A stretch of DNA of 64,000 nucleotides from Eledone cirrhosa (lineage: Eukaryota). The notes under the pieces were generated by a model. The model saw only the letters and a program-made list of their open reading frames with translations, made no database searches and was not told the DNA's origin. Shown here one piece after another: positions 42,336-55,798 of this stretch. The position numbers and the translations under genes are program-made. The DNA lies in NCBI GenBank assembly GCA_964016885.1, contig OZ024761.1, positions 5,642,001-5,706,000 on the forward strand, given 5' to 3'. Numbering within the stretch: position 1 is the stretch's first letter; each line of letters begins with the position of its first letter.

Positions 42336-42642
42336 ATTGTTTCTACTATTGCCACAAGGCCAGCAGGGATTTGAACTCAGAACGTAAAGGGCCGTAACTA
42401 TGCCGCGAAGCATGGTTTCCGATGCTCTACTGATACTGCCAACAGCCCTTAATAATAATTGTTTACTACTTTAGGCACAAGGTCAGCAAAATACCCAGTA
42501 CATTACTGGTACTTTATTTTATCGACCCCCGTAAGGATGAAAGGCAAAGTTAACCTCGGCGGGATTTGAACTCAGAATGGCAAGGGCCGTAACTCTATGC
42601 GTCAAAGCATGGCGTCCGGCGCTCTACCGATACTGCCAATTC
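42336..42642 (-). mobile_element. Two tandem SINE family A copies (one internally deleted)
   Basis: GGGATTTGAACTCAGAA twice; central domain at about 42505-42560. Confidence 0.85.
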
Positions 42643-42644
42643 AA

Positions 42645-43178
42645 TGATTAGCAGAGTCGTAAGAATGTCGGTAAGGTGTGCAGTACTCAGTGTGTTCAGT
42701 GTGTTCAGTGTTCTAATCCCGTCATGGTCAACCTTGTCCTTCGTCTTCCCAACATCGCCAATAAACCTGTATAAAGTACCAGTCCTCTTTTGAGATTCTT
42801 CCTCTATATCTTTCCTTACTTTCTCTCCATCATTCTTTCCCCTTCTCTGGAAAGAATCCGATCTATTCAGTTCTGGAGAGATGTGCCCTGCCAAGTTTAA
42901 AAGTGCCCAAGGGACGCCGTATCTTACTATGACCCTCCCACGACCCCACTAGGAGTTAACGAAGGAAATGTGGTAAGGAAGCAGATGGACCTTAACGCAC
43001 CGAAGTACTCAATACTTAGGGTAGTAGAGTGGGTAATAGGAACGAGTAGGACCCCGACGGCTGAGCTCAAGCCGTTTCGACGGCTAATTCTGGACTAAAA
43101 TATTTTAGTCCAGAATTATTTTAGTCCAGAATTAGCCGTCGAAACGGCTTGAGCTCAGCCGTCGGGGTCCTACTCGTT

Positions 43179-43214
<36 letters not shown>

Positions 43215-43395
43215 AAAAATATATAGACCCCGACGGCAGAGCTCAAGCCGTTTCGACGGCTATTTCTGCACTAAAATAATTCTGGACTAAAATATTTCAG
43301 AAATAGCCGTCGAATTACCCACTCTACTACACCTAAGTATTGAGTACTCTGTTACGTTATGGTCCATCTGGTTCCTTACCACACCTCCTTCGTTA
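42645..43395. mobile_element. Probable PLE-type terminal fragments with inversions and a half-hammerhead
   Basis: 43038-43100 is the reverse complement of about 43120-43182; third copy at 43226-43310; 42957-43036 inverted at 43314-43394. Confidence 0.5.
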
Positions 43396-43400
43396 TATAT

Positions 43401-43458
<58 letters not shown>

Positions 43459-43564
43459 ATAATAATAAAAGCGAAGACTAAAATCCAAAGAGGGCTCGAT
43501 AAGGATAAATATATATCAAATATATAAGAACCTTAGATTTTGATAAAATAATATATATATATAT

Positions 43565-44117
<553 letters not shown>

Positions 44118-44138
44118 CACACACATATATATATATAT

Positions 44139-44169
<31 letters not shown>

Positions 44170-44220
44170 CCTCACATATATATATATATACACACACATA
44201 TATATATATATATATACCTC

Positions 44221-44447
44221 GTGGAGGCGCGTGGCTTAGTTGTTAGAGAACTGGATTCACAATCGTGAGGTTGTGAGTTCGATTCCTCGACCGGGCGATG
44301 CGTTATGTCCTTGAGCAAGACACTTTATTTCACGTTGCTCCTTCTACCTGGAGTTGCGACCGATAGATAGTATTAGCAATTGGAAAGACCAATGGAAACA
44401 TTGTTTCCTCGGTCCGATTTGACGAAAGTCGATCGACTGTCGATCGA
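44221..44447 (+). mobile_element. tRNA-derived SINE family B
   Basis: GTGGCTTAGTTG A box, GAGTTCGATTCC B box, CCTTGAGCAAGACACTTTA. Confidence 0.88.
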
Positions 44448-44560
44448 TATATACCTCATGATTTCATTCGAATGAAAAAGTTCTAGTCCTGGAGAAGCCA
44501 TTTCAATATTCAAGTTTGTACCTTACTTACTGTGGTTTACTCCGATTGAACCTGGGACTC

Positions 44561-44561
<1 letters not shown>

Positions 44562-44600
<39 letters not shown>

Positions 44601-45014
44601 TGGTTACATATATATGTATATATGTGTGTGTGTGGGTGTGTGTGTGGTGTGTGTGGTTACATATAAATATATATATATGTGTGTGTATGTGTGTGTGCGT
44701 GCGTGTGGGTGTGTGTGGTTACATATAAATATATATATATGTGTGTGTATGTGTGTGTGCGTGCGTGTGGGTGTGTGTGGTGTGTGTAGTTACATATAAA
44801 TATATATATGTGTATGTCTATGTGTGTGTGCGTGTGGGTGTGTGTGGTGTGTGTAGTTACATATAAATATATATATGTGTGTGTATGTGTGTGTGCGTGC
44901 GTGTGGGTGTGTGTGGTGTGTGTAGTTACATATAAATATATATATGTGTATGTGTATGTGTGTGTGTGCGTGCGTGTGGGTGTTTGTGTGTGTGGTGTGT
45001 GTGGTTGCATATAA

Positions 45015-45083
<69 letters not shown>

Positions 45084-45124
45084 CGTGTGTGTGCGTGCGT
45101 ATTTGTGTGTGTGCTTACATATAA

Positions 45125-45163
<39 letters not shown>

Positions 45164-45208
45164 CGTGCGTGCGTGTGCGTGCGTATTTGTGTGTGTGGTT
45201 ACATATAA

Positions 45209-45268
<60 letters not shown>

Positions 45269-45416
45269 TGTGTGTGTCCGTGTGCGTGTGCGTATGTGTG
45301 GTGTGTGTGGTTACATATAAATATATATATATGTGTGTGTGTGTGTGTCCGTGGTGTGTGTGTGTGTGTGTGTCCGTGTGCGTGTGCGTATGTGTGGTGT
45401 GTGTGGTTACATATAA

Positions 45417-45454
<38 letters not shown>

Positions 45455-45538
45455 CCGTGTGTCCGTGGTGTGTGTGTGTGTGTCCGTGTGCGTGTGCGTA
45501 TGTGTGGTGTGTGTGGTTACATATAAATATATATATAT

Positions 45539-45579
<41 letters not shown>

Positions 45580-45680
45580 GTGTGTCCGTGGTGTGTGTGT
45601 GTGTCCGTGTGCGTGTGCGTATGTGTGGTGTGTGTGGTTACATATAAATATATATATATTATATATATGTGTGTGTGTGT
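44562..45680. repeat. Composite GT/TA minisatellite anchored by GGTTACATATAAAT
   Basis: Directly visible. Confidence 0.9.
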
Positions 45681-48600
45681 CAGAAGTTATTTTATTTTTC
45701 CAAATATAATTCATTAGCAGAGAAAAGCAATGAAGAACGACTTGATGCTGAATGAAAACACAAGCAATATATACAAACACACACACACCGACCACAACTA
45801 AATGTGGAATGATACGCGATAGGGCCCCACCACAGCCCCGGCAGTCAGAATGGAGAAGGCGTTTCCCCGGAGGACAGCAAGGGAGACGCGCTGGAAAAGC
45901 CACTCCAACTTGCGGGGCTCACACCAGCGGCTGGCCAGCTCAGCACCTATGGTGGTGAGTAGAGGGGTAGCCCAAGGGCCAAGGACACCAGAAGTCTCCA
46001 CTGCCCCGACTACAACCGCAAACCTGTCGGGGAGCGACCGGTATTTGAGGAGTTTAGCCCCCTCAGCCCGACGTGCAGCAGAACCCGGGTTAATCGCCGA
46101 CTGCACCAGGTTGCGGCTGCAGAAAGTGTCGGTGCAAGTGGCATCCCAGACGAGGGGTTTGCCACTGCGGAACGGGAAGATGGTCATGCCATCTGGCCTT
46201 TTGCCGCCCCCTCTGTCCAGCCCCACCGGCTCGAGCTGGGAAGGGAAGCCTGCAGCGTACAAGCCATGCTTTATGACCTCGTTGAGAGCAACATGGCGCG
46301 TGGAAGGCGGCCGGCACTGTGGCGGCAGGAAAGCGGGTGAAGGCCGAAAGGGTCCGCGGTGGATCGGAGGAAACGCCAATACGCAGGCTAGTATTGTCTA
46401 GCTGCGTGCCAGTGGAGAAGGAGGGCAGGGCAATGAGCCAGGTACCACTGTGGGGTTTGGAGGCCGCACGAAAACAGGCAAGGCGGTTATGGTCGAGCTG
46501 GCGCGTGAGCCTGTCTGAGGCCAGGCTGCACTGGATGGCATCCCAAGTGCTTTGGGGGGACTTGACGTCAACAGGGGGAGAAAGAGGAGGGACGTCTACT
46601 GGGCTGAGTCCCAGCTGGTCCCACGTCTCACAGGCTGCCTCACGTTCACTGAACACAGAGGGTTCTATTGTGTTTTGGAGAACCCTGCTGACGAGGACGC
46701 GGCACGAGGTTACCGACGAAAGATACGCCTGCAAAGCCAGTGAGATCGGGCATCGGAGGCCAAGGCCGCAGTACTCGACAAATAAAGTGGCCTGTTACCA
46801 TCCAATGACGTCAAACTTGACGTTACATACCTCCTCGACTGCTTCTCGGATACAAGTATCGAGGTCAGCGAGGAGAGATGTCTGAGTGTAGCACGGAGCG
46901 CTGCGGAGGGTATAGAGGAGCTTCGACATGGCGAAGCAGTTCCTCAATAGAAAGAGGGCTGGGTGGCCGTCGATCAAGCCCAGTCGGCTCGTGAGAGTCT
47001 GGAGTTGTTGAAGCCTGGACCAGATGATGGAGCGGATGGCCGGCGGGTGGATCGGTGACCCGAGGATGAGGACATCCTCTTTAGGGGTCACCTGTACCTG
47101 GTGGAGAATGGACCGCACGTCCGAGACGGAGGATGCAAAGCTCTCAGCATCGTGGCTGACGTTCACCACCTCCGACTTAGCCGAGTTGACCTGGAGGCCG
47201 ATTCCTGCCAGGGCAGGGACCACCGATTGTAGGTCATGGCAGACAGTCTGTACGGGCCAACCCAACGTAGCATAATCCAGATACCCAACATTGAGAGGGG
47301 CCGTGATACTCCGGGCGATGTGGTCTATACCAAGGGCAAACAGGAGAGGACCCAAAGGGTCGCCCTATTGGACCCCAGTTGCCGAAAGTATGACCGTATC
47401 AGCAGCAAGGAGTATGCTCGGGACTCCATACGACAGGTAGGCCAGCGGGTAGGCAGAGGGGGCTCGGCTGAGGCAGGCTTCGAGCAGATGGTCCTGGCGT
47501 AAGCAGTTGAAGGCATTCTTCATGTCAAGCTTCACAATGAGGTGCCTGGAGTCTCTGGATGCCGGTTCCGGTGGGCAGCTGTAGAAGAACTGCCTGGTTG
47601 CATGTGCGGCCGCCTCACAACCACCGGACACGCCGACACCCAGTTGCACAGGACTGAACTCCTCGCCAATTTCGGGTGTTATGGACTTGTAGGCCACCTT
47701 GGCAGCCAGTCCCCGGAAGACATTGCCCACAGCAACGGGGCGTATGCCACCCTATTTCTTCCTGAGAGTGGTGAGGCTAGCCGAAAAATAGAGGCCTCGG
47801 GCGTGAGGGTCCAGGTGCCATGGAGGAGCCTATTGGTGAGCGTCACAATTGCACTCAGAAGGCACAAGGAGCAAGTGGGGGTCGGGTGGGGGTATGGGTT
47901 TGAGATCAGTGGGTGGCTCAGGGTGCTTAAGTCGCAGGGCAGCCAGGACCTCCTCGGTGGACTGGAGGACAGTGTCCTCTGACTGCGGCCGAGACATCAC
48001 CCATGATTAATTTAGCATTTACGCGGTCACGCAAATGCTTAGCGCTGGTCTCAGGGATGGAGGATTCGGGGTACCCGAGGGTGGGGTGTGTGGCGTCCCT
48101 GGGCACGCTTGGAATGGGCGCTTGCCCAAAGGACGAAACATTGGCCTTGACGAAGGCTGCTGTCGACCGGCCGCCCCGATCAGCGCCAGAGCTGGGGAAG
48201 CCGAGGGCGAGTGGGGCGAAATAAAAAAGTCGCTCCCACTCGATGGCTCGGTTGGAATCCAGGGCGCTCTCAATCAAGGAGGCGAGGGCATCGGCTACCG
48301 GCATCCGGGCCACTATAGGGATCCTGAGTGGATCTTCCGGGGCCGCTTGAGCCGAGCGATGTTGACCAGCGAGGCTTGGGCGTCAGGCAAGCTCGCTGTC
48401 TGTCTCATCTGGTGGTGTACCAGACGGCCATGGCTGGGCAGACGAGGGGAAGAGGCAGTTCCTGCATCTCCCCCCTGCGAGGGCACTGGAGGCTCGACGT
48501 GTCAAGCCAACACAGGTGAGGTGGTGGAAGCAGCCGCACCCCGAACAGTTCCGGCCCTTCTTCCGTCTGTTAGTGGTGCTGCAGTTGCTGCAGGTGTCGG

Positions 48601-48780
48601 CTTGAGGGGATGGGGAGAGGGACTGGGGCACCGTGCGGCATCGGGGGTGAGTGGAAGGGAAAATGCTGGTAAGAGGGCCTCATTACTCACCTACATCAGA
48701 TATAGAGGCGTCACAAGACAAGGGAGAAAAGAAGGGGGTGCATGGAGAGGGACACACAAGAAGGTAGAGTATTAGCAAAT
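45681..48780 (-). mobile_element. Decayed CRE-clade non-LTR retrotransposon (PHD finger, RT, restriction-like endonuclease)
   Basis: QLGVGVSGGCEAAAH, KLDMKNAFN, GVQ-GDPLGPLLFAL, YLD(Y), GKRPDGMTIFPF..WDATCTD, VETSG, FQRVSLAVLRGNA; multiple frameshifts; 5' boundary approximate. Confidence 0.9.
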
Positions 48781-48914
48781 AAATAAATGAATGAATGGAT
48801 GAATGTACAAAGAAAGAAACAAAACAAAACAATGGGGGGGGGGGGGGAGAAAGCAGGGGGTTCAACTGTCGACTTACGAAAGAGTTCGTATAATTGAAGC
48901 CGCGTGTTACTGTT

Positions 48915-49030
48915 CAGCATAGAGCTACGGCCCTCCACGCTCCGGGCTCAAATCCCGCCGAGGTCAACCCGGTCCTTTAACTCCACGGAGCCGACAAAAC
49001 AAGGCACCAGCAATGCGCTGGGATAATCGG
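48915..49030 (+). mobile_element. Diverged SINE family A remnant
   Basis: GCATAGAGCTACGGCCC..GGCTCAAATCCCGCCGAGGTCAAC. Confidence 0.6.
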
Positions 49031-49133
49031 TGTATAGTTGTTGTTTTCTTGGGGCCTGGTCGCCGGCGGTGGTGGTGGATGGTGTCTGTGATGGTGGCGG
49101 CAGTTGTTGTTGTTGTTGTTGTTGTTGTTCCTC

Positions 49134-49145
49134 GTGGTTACACAG

Positions 49146-49177
<32 letters not shown>

Positions 49178-49271
49178 AGGTGTGTGTGTGTTTATGTGGT
49201 TACACAGATATATATATATATATGTGTGTGTAGGTGTGTGTGTGTGTGTGTGTGTTTATGTGGTTACACAG

Positions 49272-49305
<34 letters not shown>

Positions 49306-49385
49306 AGGTGTGTGTGTTTATGTGCTTATACAGATATATATATATGTGTGTGTGTGTGTGTGTTTATGTGGTTACACAGATATAT

Positions 49386-49419
<34 letters not shown>

Positions 49420-49671
49420 TTGTAGGTGTGTGTGAGTTTATGTGGTTACACAGATATATATATGTGTGTGTAGGTGTGTGTGTGTTTATGTGGTTACACA
49501 GATATATATATGTGTGTGTGTAGGTGTGTGTGTGTGTGTTTATGTGGTTACACAGAGATATATATATATGTGTGTGTGTGTGTAGGTGTGTGTGTGTGTG
49601 TTTATGTGGTTACACACATATATATATGTGTGTGTGTGTAGGTGTGTGTGTGTGTTTATGTGGTTACACAG

Positions 49672-49705
<34 letters not shown>

Positions 49706-50489
49706 AGGTGTGTGTGTGTGTTTATGTGGTTACACAGATATATATATATGTGTGTGCGTGTATGTAGGTGTGTGTGTTTATGTGGTTACACAGACACATA
49801 TATGTGTGTGTGTGTGTGTAGGTGTGTGTGTGTGTAGGTGTGTGTGTGTGTGTTTATGTGGTTACACATATATATATATGTGTGTGTGTGTGTGTTTATG
49901 TGGTTACACAGCTATATATATATATGTGTGTGTAGGTGTGTGTGTGTGTGTTTATGTGGCTACACAGATATATATATATATATGTGTGTGTGTGTGTAGG
50001 TGTGTGTGTGTGTGTTTATGTGGTTACACAGATATATATATATATATATATATGTGTGTCTGTGTAGGTGTGTGTGTTTATGTGGTTACACAGACACATA
50101 TATGTGTGTGTGTGTGTGTAGGTGTGTGTGTGTGTGTTTATGTGGTTACACAGATATATATATGTGTGTGTGTGTGTGTAGGTGTGTGTGTTTATGTGGT
50201 TACACAGATATATATATGTATGTGTGTAGGTGTGTGTGTTTATGTGGTTACACAGATACATATATATATGTGTGTGTGTGTGTGCAGATGTGTGTGTTTA
50301 TGTGGTTACACATATATATATATATGTGTGTGTGTGTGTGTAGGTGTGTGTGTTTATGTGGTTACACAGATACATATATGTGTGTGTGTGTGTGTATGTG
50401 TGTGTGTGTGTGTTTATGTGGTTACACAGATATATATATATGTGTGTGTGTGTAGGTGTGTGCGTGTGTGTGTTTATGTGGTTACACAG

Positions 50490-50523
<34 letters not shown>

Positions 50524-50593
50524 TTATGAGGTTACACAGATATATATATGTGTGTGTGTGTAGGTGTGTGTGTGTGTTTATGTGGTTACACAG

Positions 50594-50631
<38 letters not shown>

Positions 50632-51155
50632 TTATGTGGTTACACAGATATATATATATGTGTGTGTGTGTGTGTAGGTGTGTGTGTGTGTGTTTATGTG
50701 GTTACACATATATATATATATGTGTGTGTGTTTATGTGGTTACACATATATATATGTGTGTGTGTAGGTGTGTGTGTGTGTTTATGTGGTTACACAGATA
50801 TATATATATATGTGTGTGTGTGTGTGTAGGTGTGTGTGTGTGTGTGTTTATGTGGTTACACAGCTATATATATATATGTGTGTGTAGGTGTGTGAGTGTG
50901 TGTTTATGTGGTTACACAGATATATATATATATATATGTGTGTGTGTGTAGGTGTGTGTGTGTGTTTATGTGGTTACACAGATATATATATATATGTGTG
51001 TGTAGGTGTTTGTGTGTGTGTTTATGTGGTTACACAGATATATATATATGTGTGTGTATGTGTGTAGGTGTGTGTGTGTGTGTTTATGTGGTTACACAGC
51101 TATATATATCTATATATATGTAGGTGTGTGTGTGTGTGTTTATGTGGTTACACAG

Positions 51156-51187
<32 letters not shown>

Positions 51188-51756
51188 AGGTGTGTGTGTT
51201 TATGTGGTTACACAGATATATATATATGTGTGTGCGTGTATGTAGGTGTGTGTGTTTATGTGGTTACACAGACACATATATGTGTGTGTGTGTGTAGGTA
51301 TGTGTGTGTGTGTTTATGTGGTTACACATATATATATATGTGTGTGTGTTTATGTGGTTACACAGCTATATATATATATGTGTGTGTAGGTGTGTGTGTG
51401 TGTGTTTATGTGGCTACACAGATATATATATGTGTGTGTGTGTGTGTAGGTGTGTGTGTTTATGTGGTTACACAGATATATATATGTATGTGTGTAGGTG
51501 TGTGTGTTTATGTGGTTACACAGATACATATATATATATGTGTGTGTGTGTAGATGTGTGTGTTTATGTGGTTACACATATATATATATATGTGTGTGTG
51601 TAGGTGTGTGTGTTTATGTGGTTACACAGATACATATATGTGTATGTGTGTGTGTGTGTGTAGTGTGTGTGTGTGTGTGTTTATGTGGTTACACAGATAT
51701 ATATATATGTGTGTGTGTGTAGGTGTGTGCGTGTGTGTGTTTATGTGGTTACACAG

Positions 51757-51790
<34 letters not shown>

Positions 51791-52155
51791 TTATGAGGTT
51801 ACACAGATATATATATGTGTGTGTGTGTAGGTGTGTGTGTGTGTTTATGTGGTTACACAGAATATATATATGTGTGTGTGTGTGTGTGTGTTTATGTGGT
51901 TACACATATATATATATGTGTGTGTGTTTATGTGGTTACACATATATATATGTGTGTGTGTAGGTGTGTGTGTGTGTGTTTATGTGGTTACACAGATATA
52001 TATATATATGTGTGTGTGTTTATGTGGTTACACAGATATATATATATATGTGTGTGTGTAGGTGTGTGTGTGTTTATGTGGTTACACAGCTATATATATC
52101 TATATATGTGTGTGTGTGTGTAGGTGTGTGAGTGTGTGTTTATGTGGTTACACAG

Positions 52156-52187
<32 letters not shown>

Positions 52188-52455
52188 AGGTGTGTGAGTG
52201 TGTGTTTATGTGGTTACACATATATATATATATGTGTGTGTGTGTGTAGGTGTGTGTGTGTGTTTATGTGGTTACACAGCTATATATATATGTGTGTGTA
52301 GGTGTGTGAGTGTGTGTTTATGTGGTTACACAGCTATATATATATATGTGTGTGTGTGTGTAGATGTGTGTGTGTGTGTGTAGGTGTGTGTGTGTGTGTT
52401 TATGTGGTTACACAGCTATATATATATATATATGTGTGTGTGTAGGTGTGTGTGT
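49134..52455. repeat. 3.3 kb composite minisatellite TTATGTGGTTACACAG-(AT)n-(GT)n-AG-(GT)n
   Basis: Fixed anchor recurs roughly every 50-70 bp. Confidence 0.95.
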
Positions 52456-52561
52456 TAATCACGTATAAATCAATCAATTCTAGCTTCAGCTAAACAGAGA
52501 GTTGTAGTGACAAGAGGAGAGACGGAGTCTGGGTGGAAATAACAAATGTATTTTCATTATT

Positions 52562-53722
52562 CAGTATCTGTAGAGAGTCGGACGCCATGCTTTCCAGCAT
52601 AGTTACGTCCCTCTACGATCTGAGTTCAAATCCCGCCGAGATTGACTTTGCCTTTCATCCTTACGGGGTCGAGAAAATAAAGTACCAGTAATACCCTGGG
52701 GTAATAGCTGGCCTTATGCCTAAAGTAGAAACAATTATTTCTTTCATGCTCATAGATCTGGGCAAGATGGTTGCTGGGCTTTTTCTTCTGCTGAAGATGT
52801 TGCTTCAGTTTTACTATTCGGGTCTCGTATGATATTAATATGGATTTTAGACCCCGGCCACCTTCCTTGTGTGAGAAGTATAGCCTATCCACATCACCAT
52901 TGATGCTAAAGTTCCTAGTAACACTGAGAAGCTTGCGAGTTCTTACATCCATCTCACAATTATTAAGAAAAGGGTGGTGGATTGGCAGTATCGGTAGAGA
53001 GTCGGACGCCATGCTTTGCAGCATAGAGTTACGGCTCTTTATGATCTGAGCTCAAATCCCGCTGAGGTTAACTTTGCCTTTCATCCTAATGCTGTCGATA
53101 AAATAAAGTACCAGTCACGCACTGGGGTTGATTTAATCTACTCCCCCCCCAAAAAAATTACTGGCCTTGTGTCTATATAAGAAACCATTATTAGAAAAGG
53201 GCCGAGGTTAACTTTACCTTTCATCCTTACGGGGTCGATAAAATAAAGTACCAGTAATGCACTGCGTAATTTATGGCCTTGTGCCAAAAGTAGAAACAAT
53301 TATTAAGAAAGGGGTGGTGGATTGGCAGTATCGGTAGAGAGTCGGACGCCATGCTTTGACGCATAGAGTTACGTCCCTTTATAATCTGAGTTCAAATCCC
53401 GCCGAGGTTAACTTTGCCTTTCATCCTTACGGGGTCGATAAAATAAAGTACCAGTAATGCACTGGGTTGATTAATCGACTATCGCCACCCCTCAAATTGC
53501 TGGCCTTGTGCCTATAGTAGAAATCATTATTAAAACATGGCAGGGTGGTGGAGTGGCAATATCGGTAGAGCGTCAAACATCATGCTTTGAGGCATGGAGT
53601 TGAGACCCTTTACGCTCTGAGTTCAAATACCACCGAGATTAGCATTGTCTTTCATCCTTACGGGTCGATTAAATAAAGTACCAGTAATACACTGGGGTAA
53701 TTGCTGGCCTCGTGACCCCAGT
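52562..53722 (+). mobile_element. Head-to-tail cluster of about 5 SINE family A copies with an intervening LINE fragment
   Basis: Central domain recurs at about 52650, 53077, 53217, 53416 and 53650. Confidence 0.9.
52736..52960 (-). pseudogene. R4-like RT thumb-region fragment
   Basis: MDVRTRKLLS..DVDRLYFSHKEGGRGLKSI. Confidence 0.75.
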
Positions 53723-54169
53723 TATTAAAACTGATAACAGCCTACTTCTATGGAAGCAACATTGCTAAGATTGAGGGTTAGGTGGTACCAGTTATTACTG
53801 AGGGTGAGTGAGATATATGTTGCTATAGTGCAGAGGTTCTCAGAGAGGGAGTTACCGATCCGGGAGGGGCGGGGGTCGTTGAGAATGTCCAGGGGTGGCA
53901 CTGGGGACCAGGGGAGGTAGAGATGTTATAATAGTATATTAAATGATACATATTATATATAAAATATTAGTAAAATAAAAATGTATGCATACACACACAC
54001 ACACACACACACATACACACACATATATATACATATACAGAGGTACGCAGGGATTATATCGAACATTAATAATAATATTCGATTAGTTTGTAAACAAACG
54101 GCCCGATTAAAGCTGTGCCGTGCCGATGACCAATCGTCATCCGTTTGTTCAACACTGGCATCGAAGAAC

Positions 54170-54208
54170 AATCAACATGTTTCAGGGTCGTTACCCTTCA
54201 TCAGGACT
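54170..54208 (-). ncRNA. Minimal type I hammerhead ribozyme in a PLE-like terminus
   Basis: Minus strand AGTC-CTGATGA-AGGGT AACG ACCCT-GAAA-CATG-TT-GATT. Confidence 0.8.
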
Positions 54209-54304
54209 GTATCCCTCTGCCAATCTGTTGAACGGTTGAAAATATATAGTATATTCTTAAAATATATAATATTTATATATATACATAGTGTATATACTGA
54301 TTAA

Positions 54305-54625
54305 TGTTCAGAGCCATCCTCAGCATTCTCGTGTAGCACCCATCCACCATCTGAGTGAGTTTCTTGGTCAGTGTCACAGAGGAGACTGAGGTTAGCTGAC
54401 ATGCTCACCGACATCCAGAGTTGACATTGCACTCAGTGCTCCTCTGGGAGCCCCTACATGGACACACTGGAAGAGAAAGACCGAGGTTGACACATGTTGA
54501 TGCCCTAAGGACAGACACTGGTCTGTTGGAGACGCAGGACATGGCAGCGATAATGAGGGACAGAGACCGCTGGAGAGAACTCGTCATGGATCTCGGGAAT
54601 TTTACCCGCCTTAGATAGATAGATA
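54305..54625 (+). mobile_element. RTE/RTE-X-like LINE 3' fragment with (TAGA)n tail
   Basis: VLLWEPLHGHTGRERPRLTHVDALRTDTG..MRDRDRWRELV. Confidence 0.75.
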
Positions 54626-54647
54626 TATTATATTATTTATTATATAT

Positions 54648-54836
54648 AAGGGCGGTGGATTGGCAGTATCGGTAGAGGTCGGACGCCATGCTTTGATGTA
54701 TAGAGTTACGGCTCTTGCCATTCTGAGTTCAAATCCCGCCGAGGTTGGACTTTGCCTTTCATCCTTACGGGGTCGATAAAATAAAGTACCAGTAATGTAC
54801 TGGTAATTGCTGGCCTTGTGCCTAAAGTAGAAACAG
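54648..54836 (+). mobile_element. SINE family A
   Basis: Matches 8430-8605. Confidence 0.9.
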
Positions 54837-54977
54837 TTATTTATTATATATAAATTAACGGTTTTATTTATTATATATTATTTACAATTGTGTGTAGGTC
54901 TCTCTGGAATAGGTGTTGGGGGGGGGGGGGGGGGGTAATACGTGGTTGTGATTGTGAGAGTGGTATGGTGAGCGTGA

Positions 54978-55753
54978 GATGATAGCGATGATGATTATTA
55001 CGATGATGGTGATGGTGATGATGGCGATGATGGTTGTGGTGGTGATGATGGTGATGGTGATGTTTATGTTGATGATGGTGGTGATGGTGGTGATGATGGT
55101 TGTGGTGGTGATGATGGTGATGGTGATGTTTATGTTGATGATGATGGTGGTGATGATGATGATGGTGGTGATGATGGTAGTGGTGGTGATGATGGTGATG
55201 GTGGTGGTGGTGTTTATGTTGATGATGATGGTGATGGTGGTGATGATGGTTGTGGTGGTGATGATGGTGATGGTGATGTTTATGTTGATGATAATGATGA
55301 TGATGATGGTGATGATGATGATGGTGGTGATGATGGTAGTGGTGGTGATTATGGTGATGGTGGTGGTGGTGTTTATGTTGATGATGGTGGTGATGGTGGT
55401 GATGATGGTTGTGGGTGGTGATGATGGTGATGGTGATGTTTATGTTGATGATAATGATGATGATGATGGTGATGATGATGATGGTGGTGATGATAGTAGT
55501 GGTGGTGATGATGGTGATGGTGGTGGTGATGTTTATGTTGATGATGGTGGTGATGGTGGTGATGATGGTTGTGGTGGTGATGATGGTGATGGTGATGTTT
55601 ATGTTGATGATAATGATGATGATGATGGTGATGATGATGATGGTGGTGATGATGGTAGTGGTGGTGATGATGGTGATGGTGGTGGTGATGTTTATGTTGA
55701 TGATGGTGGTGATGGTGGTGGTGTTGATGATAATGATGATGATGGTGGTGATG
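54978..55753. repeat. (GAT/GGT)n microsatellite with higher-order repeats
   Basis: Directly visible. Confidence 0.93.
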
Positions 55754-55798
55754 ACACCACGTAAGGTCGTATGTTAAACTAATGTAATATTCAGCAAT

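Noticed and set aside
44221-44295. tRNA gene
   Set aside because: A/B boxes continue into a SINE body repeated at 11070-11290; no proper acceptor stem seen
48035-48775. 246-aa plus-strand ORF
   Set aside because: Antisense shadow of the GC-rich CRE element; no recognisable motifs
49524-50951. 475-aa Cys/Val/Tyr-rich ORF
   Set aside because: Stop-poor GT/AT composite repeat
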